NCBI GenBank assembly: GCA_977017575.1
Contig: CDRNVI010000051.1
Coordinates: forward strand, 124,001-188,000
Direction of reading: 5' to 3'
Origin: Paramoeba atlantica
Taxonomy: Eukaryota > Protista > Discosea
Length of the DNA: 64,000 bases
Positions within the stretch are counted from its first letter, which is position 1. Each line of letters begins with the position of its first letter. Position numbers and translations under genes: made by a program. This document shows positions 10,370-21,441 of this stretch, one piece after another. The notes under the pieces are model-generated. The model did no database searches. It saw only the letters and a list, made by a program, of their open reading frames with translations, and was not told the DNA's origin.

Positions 10370-12830
10370 CCGGAAGCCAGCCATCGCGGCGGAAGCAAAT
10401 GTCACCGGCACTCCCCAACGGACGACATTAGATAAGGGGTCATCGGTGATGGTGGAATCATCTCGCATTACAGAAGGCCAGCAAACCACCCCAATAGCCC
10501 AGGGCGCTCCAATTGAGAAGCGTGGGCAAGCCCCCTCCTCCGAGAGCTTAGCGGAGCTTCTTGGGAGGGGGTCCCCGAGTAAACTTTACGCGGTCCAATG
10601 CCCGGCATGGAAGGAATACACTGCCAGTGTATGTCATGACTTTCTCAATAAGTCAGGGGGGGACAAAGTTGAGATGGCCTGGAACCTCCTTTTAGCCGTA
10701 AAACGTTTCCTACACCTCCCTGAGGATAGGCGGAGTTGCAACGACAGCTAGCACGCGAACTCTGAATAAGTTCGAAGACCTTGGCTCCATCCCCGAGTCA
10801 GGCCAACGGCCCCCCGTGGTCCGTCAAAAAACGGGTGGAGGAATTGTGCAGGGCGGGTTGCTTCTCTAGGACGGCCAAAACGATGGAGGCGCCCCTCAAT
10901 CCACCGGCCAATCCCACGGCGGCCCTAGAACAGGCTAAGCGACTACATCCCACAGGCGGGCCCTACATTGCGGGGAAATTCAGGTACAATAGGGACCGAC
11001 ACGGAACCCTACCCTCCCCCGCCGATGTGGCCAGGAAGGCCCCAAGCCTGGCCCCTATCCGCGCCCCCCGGACCTACGGGATGGACCAAGGAACTGCTTG
11101 TCCCAGTCCTCATGGAAGGTGGACCCTGCGACTGTATCACGTGGATAATCCACGGGATTATGACAAACTCCCTACTCCCCTCAATGAGGGAACGGCTCAC
11201 GGGGGCGTCCCTAAAACTATTCACCAAACCGGACTCCCCGGAGGGGCACCACTCTTCCTACAGGCCCATCGCCATGGGAGAGTGCGTCCTCAAGGTGGCG
11301 GGGCTCCTTGCCTGGAGAAAATCCGGGAACATCTCCCCACTTGCTTTCAGGGCATCCAGTTTGGAGCCCAATACACGCAGGGGTGTGAGCACATAATTTA
11401 TAATGTGCGACAGCACTTCAGGGACAGGCCGAAGGAGGTCATCGTGGCGGCAGACCTCGAGAACGCTTTTAATAGCATCTCACGGTCGGCAATTTTTAGG
11501 GCGGTAAGGGGGGATCCGAAACTTTTCCGCATTGAGGGCATCACCCTCTTCAGCTACGGTACTACACGTACGCTTCACCTTGGGGAAGGCCAATCCATCA
11601 CGAACTCAAGTGGGGTCAAGCAAGGTGACCCCATGGCTCCCATCCTATTTGCCATAGGGATCCAGGGGGCAATTGCCAGAGTGGCGGCCAACTTCACAGG
11701 CACGCTGAAGGTCTGGGCGTACCTGGACGGCGTCACCTTCGCGGGTGAACCCAAGGTATGCGCGGAAGCCCTAGGCTAGGGAGGCTAGGTTAGGCTAGGG
11801 AAGAAGAATGGGTGCTCTCCAAGGCGCCGAAGGTAATCTCCTTCTTGGGGAAACTTAAGGACAGTAGCTGGCAGTGTATCTTGCCCCTCTTAAGACTCTG
11901 TGGGAGTCCTCGATGGAACTACATCGTAAGGACCCACGAGCCCCGGGTCACTAAAGTGGCCGATGCCCAAGTCGGCACAGCCGTCCTGGCATGTGCTGAG
12001 GCATTGCTCCGGGGGATGGACTCCTTGGGAAAAATACCGTTTTCCAATCACCTCTTGACGGCAGATTTCCTGGGGACCATCCCCTTCGAGCACAAGGCCG
12101 AGGGCATGCAGGCCAAGGTGAAGAACGCCCTACAGGGCCGACCCCAGGGCATGTAAGCCAACGAGCAGCCCCACGCAACCTCTGTGAGGCCGCGTTAGGG
12201 AAAGCCCCAACGGCTACCCAACTGGTCTGCATGTGACGCATTAACCTCTTTTTCAGACATTCTGGGGAGCCGCACATCAACACCTCATAGGCCTGCAGGC
12301 CCACATCCTAAACGTACACGCCCCGAAGCGCACTCGGAAAGCATTGTACGAACTTTTGGGAAGTCATGCCCGGGGCGCCTACGCCCTCAAACGAGAAGGC
12401 TGGTCGGAGTTCCTGAGCCTCTTCAAAGAATGTTTCTTCGTGGCAGCGCAACTCCCTACAGCAGGATTCCCCACTCTCGAAGCAAATCCTCCATGGCCTC
12501 CACAGCACCACTTCTCTACCTCCACAGCACCACTTCCACACCCCTGCCTTCCACTTTAACCCTACACCGGGACCAGATCCAGGATCACACCCGCATAGCT
12601 TCGCGCCAATTTACGCGCCCGAGGAGGGCAGCCCCCTGGATTACGGGGCGAAGGTATACTCATTACCCTAGACCTTGGCCCAGAACGGGCCGGACGAATT
12701 CGAGTTCCTTGCGAAGCTTCAACCTCCTTTTCAGACATCCTGGGGATCGTGGGGTATACCATTGGGGTGCCCGACGAGAGCCTACTCCTCAAGGACACAT
12801 CTGGGGAAGTGACCCACATTACAGATCGGG
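10370..12830 (+). mobile_element. CRE/SLACS-clade non-LTR retrotransposon, frameshifted reverse transcriptase
   Basis: QFG..G.EHI, AADLENAFNSISR, GVKQGDPMAPILFA, WAYLDG and LLRLCGSPRWNYIVRTH motifs. Confidence 0.85.
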
Positions 12831-12832
12831 AG

Positions 12833-13484
12833 AGTTTCTGTACAAGATACAGTTTCTGTACCTTGTTGTTCATCCTTTCTTTCCCCGGCAACGGGCATAG
12901 TCTAACTGTTCATATGCCCGTTGCCGGCCGGCACTAAGGCTGAAACTGTTCCTCTTTCTCGGCGAAGTAGGGGACGCGCTTCTACCCCATCACCCCTCCC
13001 CGGCACTAAGGTCGGGACTGTCCCTCTTTTCGTTGAAGCAGGGGACGCGCCTTTCACCCTTCGCCCCTCCCCGAATCACTCTCCTGGAGTGAGTGTGCTT
13101 CCCTCTCTCGGCTTTTCTTTCTCGTGTCTACCTTTCCGAGGAGGCAATGCGTCACGGTGGCCTCCCTTGAGGACCACTAGACGTGTCCTTCGCTACGACT
13201 TCCGGCTCTCCGCACCTGGCGGTCACCCAGCTCTCCGCACCTCGGCTCTGTCGCAGCTCTCTTCACCCGGATTGCCCCCGAAACTGTAATATGGGGATTA
13301 CGCATCCGGCTCTCTGCACCTGCACATGACAACCGAGCTCTCTGCACCTGGGACGCCAGCTCTCTGCACCCTCTTGCCACAGGCGAAGGCGAACTCTCAC
13401 GTGATCCACCCGTCGTATGCGGGGTAAGGACATGTAGTGAGGCAAATCTCTGCACTATAAGTGCATGAAAAAACAACAACAAAA
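12833..13484 (+). mobile_element. SL-headed, A-tailed non-coding retroposon with internal tandem repeats, inserted in the CRE-like element
   Basis: SL-like 25-mer at 12844-12868; two ~75-bp repeats (12910-13070); repeated GCTCT(C)YGCACCT motif (13180-13370); GAAAAAACAACAACAAAA tail. The flanking domains are contiguous in the 7.9 kb and 62 kb copies. Confidence 0.6.
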
Positions 13485-13489
13485 TGCGC

Positions 13490-14850
13490 CCAAAGGATCT
13501 CTGTACGCCTGACCCTACCACCAGGCAGCACAGGATACATCGACACCAAAGCAATACGAGTGTACGACGGTACATTCCAAGGCAGCCTCTTAGCGCCGGG
13601 CATAGGAGCCGCACATGTTATCCCTGCCTTCCTCAGCAAACAAATAGGAATTCTCGATATCCTAACCGTAGCTTGGAAGCCCAAGGAATACGAGGACGGG
13701 ATTTTATGGAGCTTCTTATCTTCCGAATCCCTCATCAGCGAAACAGGACGGTCCGCCCATATAATCAAGTGCAACCTGCGCAGGGGCTACATTGAAGCCA
13801 ACCCGGGACGCCGCCATAGAAATCCCCCTCCAAGGGCGGGCCACCCCACTGGCCAGCGAGACGATCTTGGAGGGCATTGCGACCGCGCCCAACGTCGCCA
13901 GCCCTCCCCACACTACGGCCCGGGACGGAGACTCAGTCCAAGACATACATTTGTATGCCCCCGATAGGAGGCGAACCCACAAACCCAAGTCGCTCAAACC
14001 GAGGAGCTAGGATAAGCCCCCTTCCCCGAAAGTCTGGCGGAGCTATTGGGGAGGGAGTCCTTGCGAAAATTATATATTTGTATGAGGTGCAATGCCCCGC
14101 CTGGCGGGAGTACGTGGCTAGCGTTTGTCACAACTCCCACTTCAAATCGCAAGAGGAGAGAATCGTAATTGCATGGAACCTCCTCCTCCTCCTCCTCGTG
14201 GTCAAACGCTTCCTCTTCTTCCCTGAGGATACGCTGTCACAACGACATCTAGCACGCGAATTTCGTATGCGTCCCCACCTCGAGCGGTCGGAAACCTTGG
14301 CTCCGACCCCCACCGCGGAAAATAGATCCCCCATGTCAGCAATAAAACGAGCGGAGGAGCTCGTAAGGGCGGGAGCTTTCTCGAGGGCGGCCGCAAGATC
14401 CCCCGGCCAACGCCACGGCTGCCCTCGAACAGGCGGAACGCCTGCATCCAACAGGGGGGACCTTCCTCCCCAATTCGGAGCGCAATACACTCAGGGCTGC
14501 AAACACATTGTCCACAATTTCAAGGGATACAGTTTGGATCCCAATACAACGTGTATACTCAACGGTGTGAGCACATCGTCTAAGCATTTACAGAATGCCC
14601 GACAGCATTTTCGAGACAGACCGGAGGATGTCATTGTGGCTGCAGACCTTGAAAATGCTTTCAATAGCATCTCGCGGTAAGCTCTCTTCCGGGCCCTAAA
14701 GGGAGACCCGAAACTTCTCGGTTTCGAGGAGAAAGAAAAGTGGGAAGACTAGCAACCTCTGGGAGGAGGCACATCCATTATGAGCTCCCGGAGGGTAAAT
14801 CAAGTCGACACCAAGCAAACCACGACCCCAATCCCTTTCGCCATAGGGAA
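13490..14850 (+). mobile_element. Second degenerate CRE-like segment (IRVYDG domain, 2A-like motif, QCPAW domain, partial RT)
   Basis: GYIEANPG at 13785-13808; YEVQCPAWREY matches 10446-10751; QFGAQYTQG and AADLENAFNSISR. Confidence 0.8.
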
Positions 14851-15488
14851 TCGCCTAGGGAATTTTCGCCTTCAGGATCCATGGCGCCATAGCCAAGATG
14901 GAGGCCTAATTCCCAGTATCCCGGTCACTAAAGGTCACTATAGTGGCAAATTCTCAGAAATCTCAAAATCGATCAAGCCGTCCTACTACATGCGGGACGC
15001 CGAGTTGGAAAAGGCAGCCGGCCTCCGGTATCGGGTCGCCCCGATTTCAGAATGTGAGCTCCAGTACTTTTGCGGCACAACCATTCGAAACAAGATTTTC
15101 AACCCTCCAATGTATATATTGAAAAAAAGAATATTATTCTTCTTTTTATTATACTGATTTTAGTATTAAGAATATAAGAGTTTACTATGGTTTGTACCGT
15201 ACGCTTAGAAAAGGAAACTGCGGAATTGATCCCATGAAACGTGCTTACAAAGCGGATCAATCATTGCACCCCTATCATACATACACGACAGAAGCCAATA
15301 CAAGACAAAATATTCGATACTACATGTGAGTAATATAAAATACAAAAGACGTGGAGCTCCAATATACGACAGTAGCTGCGGCATTATCCACTCACGTCAA
15401 CTCTCGTCTCTCAAAGATGTACCCATTATTGCCCATTACCTTCCATCGGCAATCCTAGAGACATCTACGGTGATCCCTGCCCTCTTCT

Positions 15489-16352
15489 CTACACCTTCTT
15501 TTGAAAATTCCTCTTTTCCCGCTCAGCCCTGAACGTATCTTGCCGAAGTTTATGCTGGGCCCGGAGATTGTTCCGAAACGACGCTTGGCCCCTCCCTTCC
15601 CGGGATAACAGCGAAGGCTTTCGATCCGAGGGCAGCACCCCAATCGGGCGACCAAACACATCCCGACGGAGCTGGAGTCGCGAGGCGATCCGACTCGCCT
15701 TCTCCTTCCACCGATTGGTGACTTGGAAGGCATAGAAATTATCTTTTATCAGTTTATCCACCCCGAGTCGAGGAGGAGAAGACTTTGTTGTATTTTCCAT
15801 GTCTCCTTTTTTCTCCCGTAAAGACTTTGGGGTTTCGCTCACTAAAGCTTTACGACTTAAGGCTTTACGTGAGAGTTTACGACGGGATACGGTGTGCCAC
15901 CCGTCGTCGCTGTTTTGCGAATCGTTTTCTTGATCCGATGCTGGGGTTGGGGGAGAAACCGCAAGTGAATTTACGTTTTGCACATTTCCTAATGTTTTGT
16001 TACGCACTGCGGATTTCGACCCAGAAGTGAGATGGGAACGACGGGCAGTTTGTTGCCACAGTTCATTCTCTTTCTTGGAGTAGGATTTCAAAAAGGCGTT
16101 GTTGCGGGCCAGGATTGTCGAGGCGTCCTCGAAGGAATCATTGATTTGGGTAATGTACTCCCCGAGGTGGAAGGGTTTGATCGTGTGAAGGTCGGGTAAA
16201 GTGGGCTCGGAGGGGTCCAGCGTCGGGGGATTGGATACAGGCGATGGTACGGAAGGGTTGGAGGAAATTGGCTTATCTTTGGACAGCTTTCTTTTGTTTC
16301 CCCTGTTTTTTAGGACAGTGGACTGCTTTTTTACGGTAGATTGCGCTGGCAT
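15489..16352 (-). CDS. RRP7: Rrp7-like ribosomal RNA-processing protein (287 aa from MPAQ)
   Basis: DDGWHTVSRRK ... DNFYAFQVTNRW resembles the Rrp7 C-terminal domain; basic low-complexity nucleolar-type composition. Confidence 0.55.
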   Translation of the reverse strand: MPAQSTVKKQSTVLKNRGNKRKLSKDKPISSNPSVPSPVSNPPTLDPSEPTLPDLHTIKPFHLGEYITQINDSFEDASTILARNNAFLKSYSKKENELWQQTARRSHLTSGSKSAVRNKTLGNVQNVNSLAVSPPTPASDQENDSQNSDDGWHTVSRRKLSRKALSRKALVSETPKSLREKKGDMENTTKSSPPRLGVDKLIKDNFYAFQVTNRWKEKASRIASRLQLRRDVFGRPIGVLPSDRKPSLLSREGRGQASFRNNLRAQHKLRQDTFRAEREKRNFQKKV

Positions 16353-16658
16353 GTGGAGGTTGGGGTATCTTATACAGAAGACATATATTTCCAAAAGCTT
16401 ACGAGAAGATACTCACACTGTCCAAATCGCTAAAATTATTGTCCTTACATTTTCATCGTATTTTTCAATCAAGAGCATAAAAAAATTATGCTTTAGTTTT
16501 TCGCACTATAAACACAGTACGCAAAGTACATGGATATACAGGGGGTATGTATACAGTTCGTGCGTTGATCCACCGTTATTATGGTGAAAAGCTTGTTGTA
16601 GTCTCACCCGTAGCATATTATCGTCCACGAAAGGAAATTAATTTTATTCTCTAATACC

Positions 16659-17747
16659 TCAACCTTCATATTTCCCTAAGGAGATGAAGTGCCACCCATC
16701 CTGATCAAGCGCATTCCACCACGTAGAATCCGCAAGTTGCGTGGATTCTTCCATCGTTTCGATGCTATGATGGAGGCGTTCAGGAACAGATCCGTTATAA
16801 GCAAACCAATCACCGGAAATTGCATCATATTTCGCAAACCGAGTTGGAATAGTACTCAAATCAGTTTTCATCCGAGGAGGGTTTGAAACACATATCGAAG
16901 ATAAGCCATGAGGCTTACGACGCATATCTATGTACACGGTAAGGTCGTTCTTAAAAAAAGAAACAAACTTCATGGAATCCGGCAGGACAGAAATGTCAAC
17001 TTCGCCAACAAAACTATTTTCAGCAAGTGCAAGCCCTTTCAGTGGTGGAGACAGCCTTGAAAAATCAAGTAATCCGGCAAAAGAGTTGTTATACAAGGAG
17101 AGCGATTTTAGCGAAGATGGGAGATGACTCACGTCGAGCGATCCTTCGAAAAGGTTGCAGTCAAGGGCCAGTTCTACAATGGATGCAGGAAGCGATGTAA
17201 AACATAGGGTACCTGAAAGAGCGTTTTCATACAAATATAGAATCTGGATCAGTGGGGGCAATGCTGTCAAATCCAATACCCCTGCAAAATGGTTCTTATG
17301 CCCCCAAAGTCGTGTCAATGCTGCGGGAAGATCATTAAGAGGAAAGGGGCCACTGAGTTGATTTCCGCTCAGACTAAGCTCGCTTAACATATCCACTTGT
17401 CCCAGTACAACCCCACCGCTGAGCTGGTTCCTCTCGAACGCTCCCCTTCGTAGTGTACTCGGGAGAAACAAAAAGTTCAGGCTTCCTCGCAACCCCCTCT
17501 CATACCATTCGATGTCTATGATATTACGATTTGAATCCACATGAACTCCAATCCAATTCATTGCAGTTCGCTCCACAGTCCACGAGGGATCGGGATTAGA
17601 GAGGTTGGCTACAAGTCTTGCTAGGTTGTATTCAGGAGCCAGAACGGATGTATGTACTTTAGATGGCCGTGTTATTGGTGTGTCGCAGCCAGAAAAGAGT
17701 AACAGTTTGAAAATGCTACTCAGCACGTGGATATTGATCGGTGTCAT
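16659..17747 (-). CDS. LRR protein, long subfamily with Trp-rich C-terminal domain (362 aa)
   Basis: RPSKVHTSVLAPEYNLARLV cap, about 8 LRRs, C-terminal WFAYNGSVP..STWWNALDQDGW. Confidence 0.85.
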   Translation of the reverse strand: MTPINIHVLSSIFKLLLFSGCDTPITRPSKVHTSVLAPEYNLARLVANLSNPDPSWTVERTAMNWIGVHVDSNRNIIDIEWYERGLRGSLNFLFLPSTLRRGAFERNQLSGGVVLGQVDMLSELSLSGNQLSGPFPLNDLPAALTRLWGHKNHFAGVLDLTALPPLIQILYLYENALSGTLCFTSLPASIVELALDCNLFEGSLDVSHLPSSLKSLSLYNNSFAGLLDFSRLSPPLKGLALAENSFVGEVDISVLPDSMKFVSFFKNDLTVYIDMRRKPHGLSSICVSNPPRMKTDLSTIPTRFAKYDAISGDWFAYNGSVPERLHHSIETMEESTQLADSTWWNALDQDGWHFISLGKYEG

Positions 17748-17812
17748 TTACACGATGTACGAGTGTTATTCTATAGTATTAAACGAGGGTCAGATATCCT
17801 ATTTCAGAACTG

Positions 17813-17927
17813 TCCTAATTCGGTGATCACTATCCTTCGGATCACCATCCTAATTCGGAATATCCTGAATTAGGATATTCGTCCAATTAGGATGTTCATC
17901 CAGCGTTACTATGATATCCTAATTCAG
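17813..17927. repeat. Cluster of ATCCTAATTC(G/A)G motifs in both orientations, including a 9-bp palindrome
   Basis: GAATATCCT-GAATT-AGGATATTC and several direct and inverted copies of the motif. Confidence 0.6.
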
Positions 17928-18095
17928 AAAATGTTTATGGATTAAAAAATATCCAGTCTAAAGTGGGCGAGGGAGATACCAAGAGGGCAAGTGCGGCAGA
18001 TTCCCACAAGAAAACCGGTATCTCCCTTGTGATATCCGAAATCGAATCCCAATTATTCAAGATTGCCACGGACTGTCACTGATAAGCTAGGCCCT

Positions 18096-18470
18096 TCACA
18101 CAGCTTGAGGGAGCTGGTTCCCTGAGGGGAAGGTCCGGGACAGTCCTTCCAGTACCAGGCCTGGTCGGATCTCGTCCAGCCCTCTTAGAGTGAGGCCGCC
18201 GGGTATTATACGATGAGCGGGGTTCGAATTAGCCGTAAAGATTTCCGAACCTATTTCAGCGGGCTCTAGGGTAGAGGGGCACAAGGGTAGTAGGGAGCGA
18301 ATGGCAAGAATGGAGTACATGGTGCTTAGACGGCGAGTTCGATTCTCGCTTATCGCATAACACCTGACATGGAAGAGGACATCTGCCTCGGAACTTCCAA
18401 ATCTGTCTGTGAAGGGTGTGGCTTGCCAGTGCCCGTCCGGGGAAATCCGGACTGATTTGGATTTTGGGCT
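18096..18470. mobile_element. Two opposed fragments of a tRNA-headed SINE-like family
   Basis: 18096-18235 (-) matches 62570-62700; 18285-18470 (+) joins the head (GAGTTCGATTCTCGC) to the tail of 62800-62895. Confidence 0.6.
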
Positions 18471-18708
18471 CTAGAGTGAAAATGATTCCTTAAAATCAGA
18501 ACGTATGAAATTGTCAGACAACTTTCTCCGTCATATCACAAAATTTGAAGTAAAAAGAGTGTCAATTCAAAATTTGGTTTCTTCTTTTGGTATACTCGAT
18601 ACGAGAAAAAAATTCACGCCTGCAAACAGGCTGCAGTTTTTGCGTTTTTGATGCACTGAATATGAGAAAGTGCGCTGGATAGGATAATCTAAGTGCACTA
18701 TACATCAT

Positions 18709-19326
18709 TCATCCTTTCGTAAACCATGAATTGGGAATCCCCCACCAAGCATTAGTGGGTACAATATTTCTAGGGACTGATCCCTGCAGTTTGGGATTAT
18801 TACGTATATCAAACCCAGAAGCGGCTTTAGCAAGGGACGAATGCTGAAGACATGAAAGATCCACGAAGCCACTGAAGTCACAACGCGATATATTCAATAC
18901 AGAGATTCCGGTAGGAAGATGTTCGAAATACACTTCCCCGCTAAATAAATTATAATGTACCCACAATTTCTCCAAACCTGGTGGTAATGCAGAAAACTCT
19001 AGGGTGCCGCTCAACTGATTGTAAGATACATCTAAAAACTTTACAGACCGCGGTAGATGCTCCCAATGCAATGTTCCAAGTAGCCCTTGATAACTCCATG
19101 AAATATCTATGACTTCACCTTCATCATCACACTTCACATTGTCCCACTCACATGCAGGTGTGGCAGTACTCCAGGACTCATGTGGATTTTCAACATCACT
19201 GATAAACTTTGCGAGTTCATATTCCTGGGGGAGAAATGTGCCTCTCACCTTACTTGCACGCGATATTGAAGACAGTGGTACGTCCGCGTCCTGCGAACGT
19301 GTTTGTAGACAGCTTTTAGAAAACAT
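18709..19326 (-). CDS. Short LRR protein (205 aa)
   Basis: RASKVRGTFLPQEYELAKFI..ACEWDNVKC cap plus LRRs. Confidence 0.85.
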   Translation of the reverse strand: MFSKSCLQTRSQDADVPLSSISRASKVRGTFLPQEYELAKFISDVENPHESWSTATPACEWDNVKCDDEGEVIDISWSYQGLLGTLHWEHLPRSVKFLDVSYNQLSGTLEFSALPPGLEKLWVHYNLFSGEVYFEHLPTGISVLNISRCDFSGFVDLSCLQHSSLAKAASGFDIRNNPKLQGSVPRNIVPTNAWWGIPNSWFTKG

Positions 19327-19801
19327 GTGTCATGTTGTTAAAAGAGGACTTTCTTTGAAAATGCATAAGACCATAAAAACAGCATAAAATGATACATTTT
19401 CGCAGCACTAAAGTAAATTCAATTAATTTATTCATTAAATGACCATAATTTATACATAATACAGAATGTCTCAAATAGAGAGGAAAAAGGCTCTCATAGA
19501 AAGAATATCGGGGAGGGGGGGCGTTCGGTGAGTAATTTGTAGCAAGTCCCGTTTGAAGAGTACTCATCGAACGGCGCGTCCTGTTGCTTGAGGAAAATAA
19601 TTTACTGCAATTTGGGGGAAAAAACGTGCATTAAACGCGCATCATGGAATTCCATCGACTTGAACTACAAAAACTGAATCTTTATTGCAGATCGCTGTAT
19701 TCGTACTGGTGCTGTTGTTGTAATGGACAATTGGACCATTGTAATTGGACAATTGCACCATTCACAATACTACTCGTCGATTTTTTCAGGATAACGACGC
19801 G

Positions 19802-20580
19802 CTACTCCGACGCGCAACTGTCGGAGCTGACTTCATCAGACTCCTCGGGAGGGAAAGTAAAATGATCACGAATGCATTCCAAGAGATTGGCAAAGCGATT
19901 CTGCCATGAGACCTCCCGGCCATCATGCGTGTCGCCATACTTGACGCATTGCAACGCAACGTTGCGGCGCAACTCGAAAGTGGTGGCCCCGAAGTTGTAG
20001 TGCTGCAAGCGCACCCAATACTTGATTGTATTGTGTACGCTCTCGGCACCATTCGTATGGTACCCTTTTTCGCTTACAAATTTCTTACTGTGATTTACGG
20101 CGTAATGTCGACACACCTGGTGCACCCCCCTGTATTTCCGCTTTCCTATAAAAGTCTCATCCACCTGAACCCGTCCAAACTCGTATTTAGCAACTTGCTC
20201 CTTGCGGAGTGCTGCGTTAGCAACCGAGTGTAAAATTCCTTGGACAACTTTGCGATCCAGGTCGCGATTTCGAGATATCTGACCAGTGGAGGTGTTGTTC
20301 GCTATGTCCCCCCACACAAGTAACAAATTTCCAAGTGTTAAGTGCATCCTCATGCTTATATATTGTATAAGGCTCCCATTTTCCCGCTTTCTTTCAACAG
20401 GGATTCCGATTTCCGGGCTCATGATAAGTACAGACGAGAATGTTCGGGGACCGCGGAATCTCCACCATACATGTATGATGGGGCCCGTGCACAGGACAAA
20501 TGGGGTGATAAAAGAAGGTATGCTTCAACATCCACGTGTACGCATTTTCACCTTGCGGAATATCCATGAGACTTCTCCAA
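19802..20580 (-). pseudogene. Merlin/IS1595 (ISXO2-like) transposase, internally deleted and frameshifted
   Basis: VQVDETFIGKRKY and HYAVNHSKKFV..GYHTNGAES motifs; the central catalytic segment is missing; Cys/His N-terminal region lies in another frame. Confidence 0.75.
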
Positions 20581-20583
20581 CGA

Positions 20584-21005
20584 CGCTCACAGTTGGGCCT
20601 TGCTCGCAAACGGGGGCTTTTGCCTCCAGAAGTGGGCTTCGCTCAAAGGTGAGCCTTGCTCGCAAACGGGGGCTTTTGCCTCCATAAGTGGGCTACGCTC
20701 ACAGCTGGGCCTTGCCTCTAGACAGGCAAACTAGGTGTCGCAGCATAGGAAAGCACATACACAATCTTGTGGAAGTGGCATAGGTTCTCAGTGCGCGACC
20801 CGCGCGCTGGAGCGCGCAGGTCGCCAAAAAATATAATTATGTCCCAGGGCTACGCTCACAGTTGGGCCTTGCTCGCAAACGGGGGCTTTTGCCTCCAGAA
20901 GTGGGTTTCGCTCAAAGTTGGGCCTTGCTCACAAACAGGGGCTTTTGCCTCCTGAAGTGGGCTACGCTCACAGTTGGGCTTTACCTCCAGACACGTAAAC
21001 TAGGA
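20584..21005. repeat. Two blocks of ~2.5 copies of a 56-bp tandem repeat (subterminal region of the Merlin element)
   Basis: Unit CGCTCACAGTTGGGCCTTGCTCGCAAACGGGGGCTTTTGCCTCCAGAAGTGGGCTT starting at 20584, 20640, 20696, 20853, 20909 and 20965. Confidence 0.85.
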
Positions 21006-21441
21006 CGCAACTGTCGCACCTGGAAAGGCATTAAACATTCTTTTTGTGGTCGACCGTCGATTCCATGAATTACTCACGGAACGGGAAGCCCATTCCGTGA
21101 GTCTCATCGAACGGGGCGTTACTCACCGAATGGGCTCCCCGTTCAGTGAGTACTCATGGACGGAGACAATGCTTACTATAATCGCTTCCGCATTTACATC
21201 TCCTAGTCGTACAATTTCTAGGTTTTCTAGTAGTACAATTCCAAGTGAATTCCAATTTGAAAACAACAACACCCAAAGAAGAGTCTAAAAAAATAACGTT
21301 TAAACAGTTTAGGTGATAGATCAGACCCGTTTATTATTCCTTCACAATAACTTTATACCTTCGCAATAATTTTAAATCCTCGCAAACTACCACGAGATAT
21401 GGTACAAATTAACGTACTATGCCAGGAGGACTGCGGGTCAA

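Noticed and set aside
20584-21005. CRISPR-like 56-bp repeats
   Set aside because: Head-to-tail tandem units without spacers, next to a Merlin remnant.
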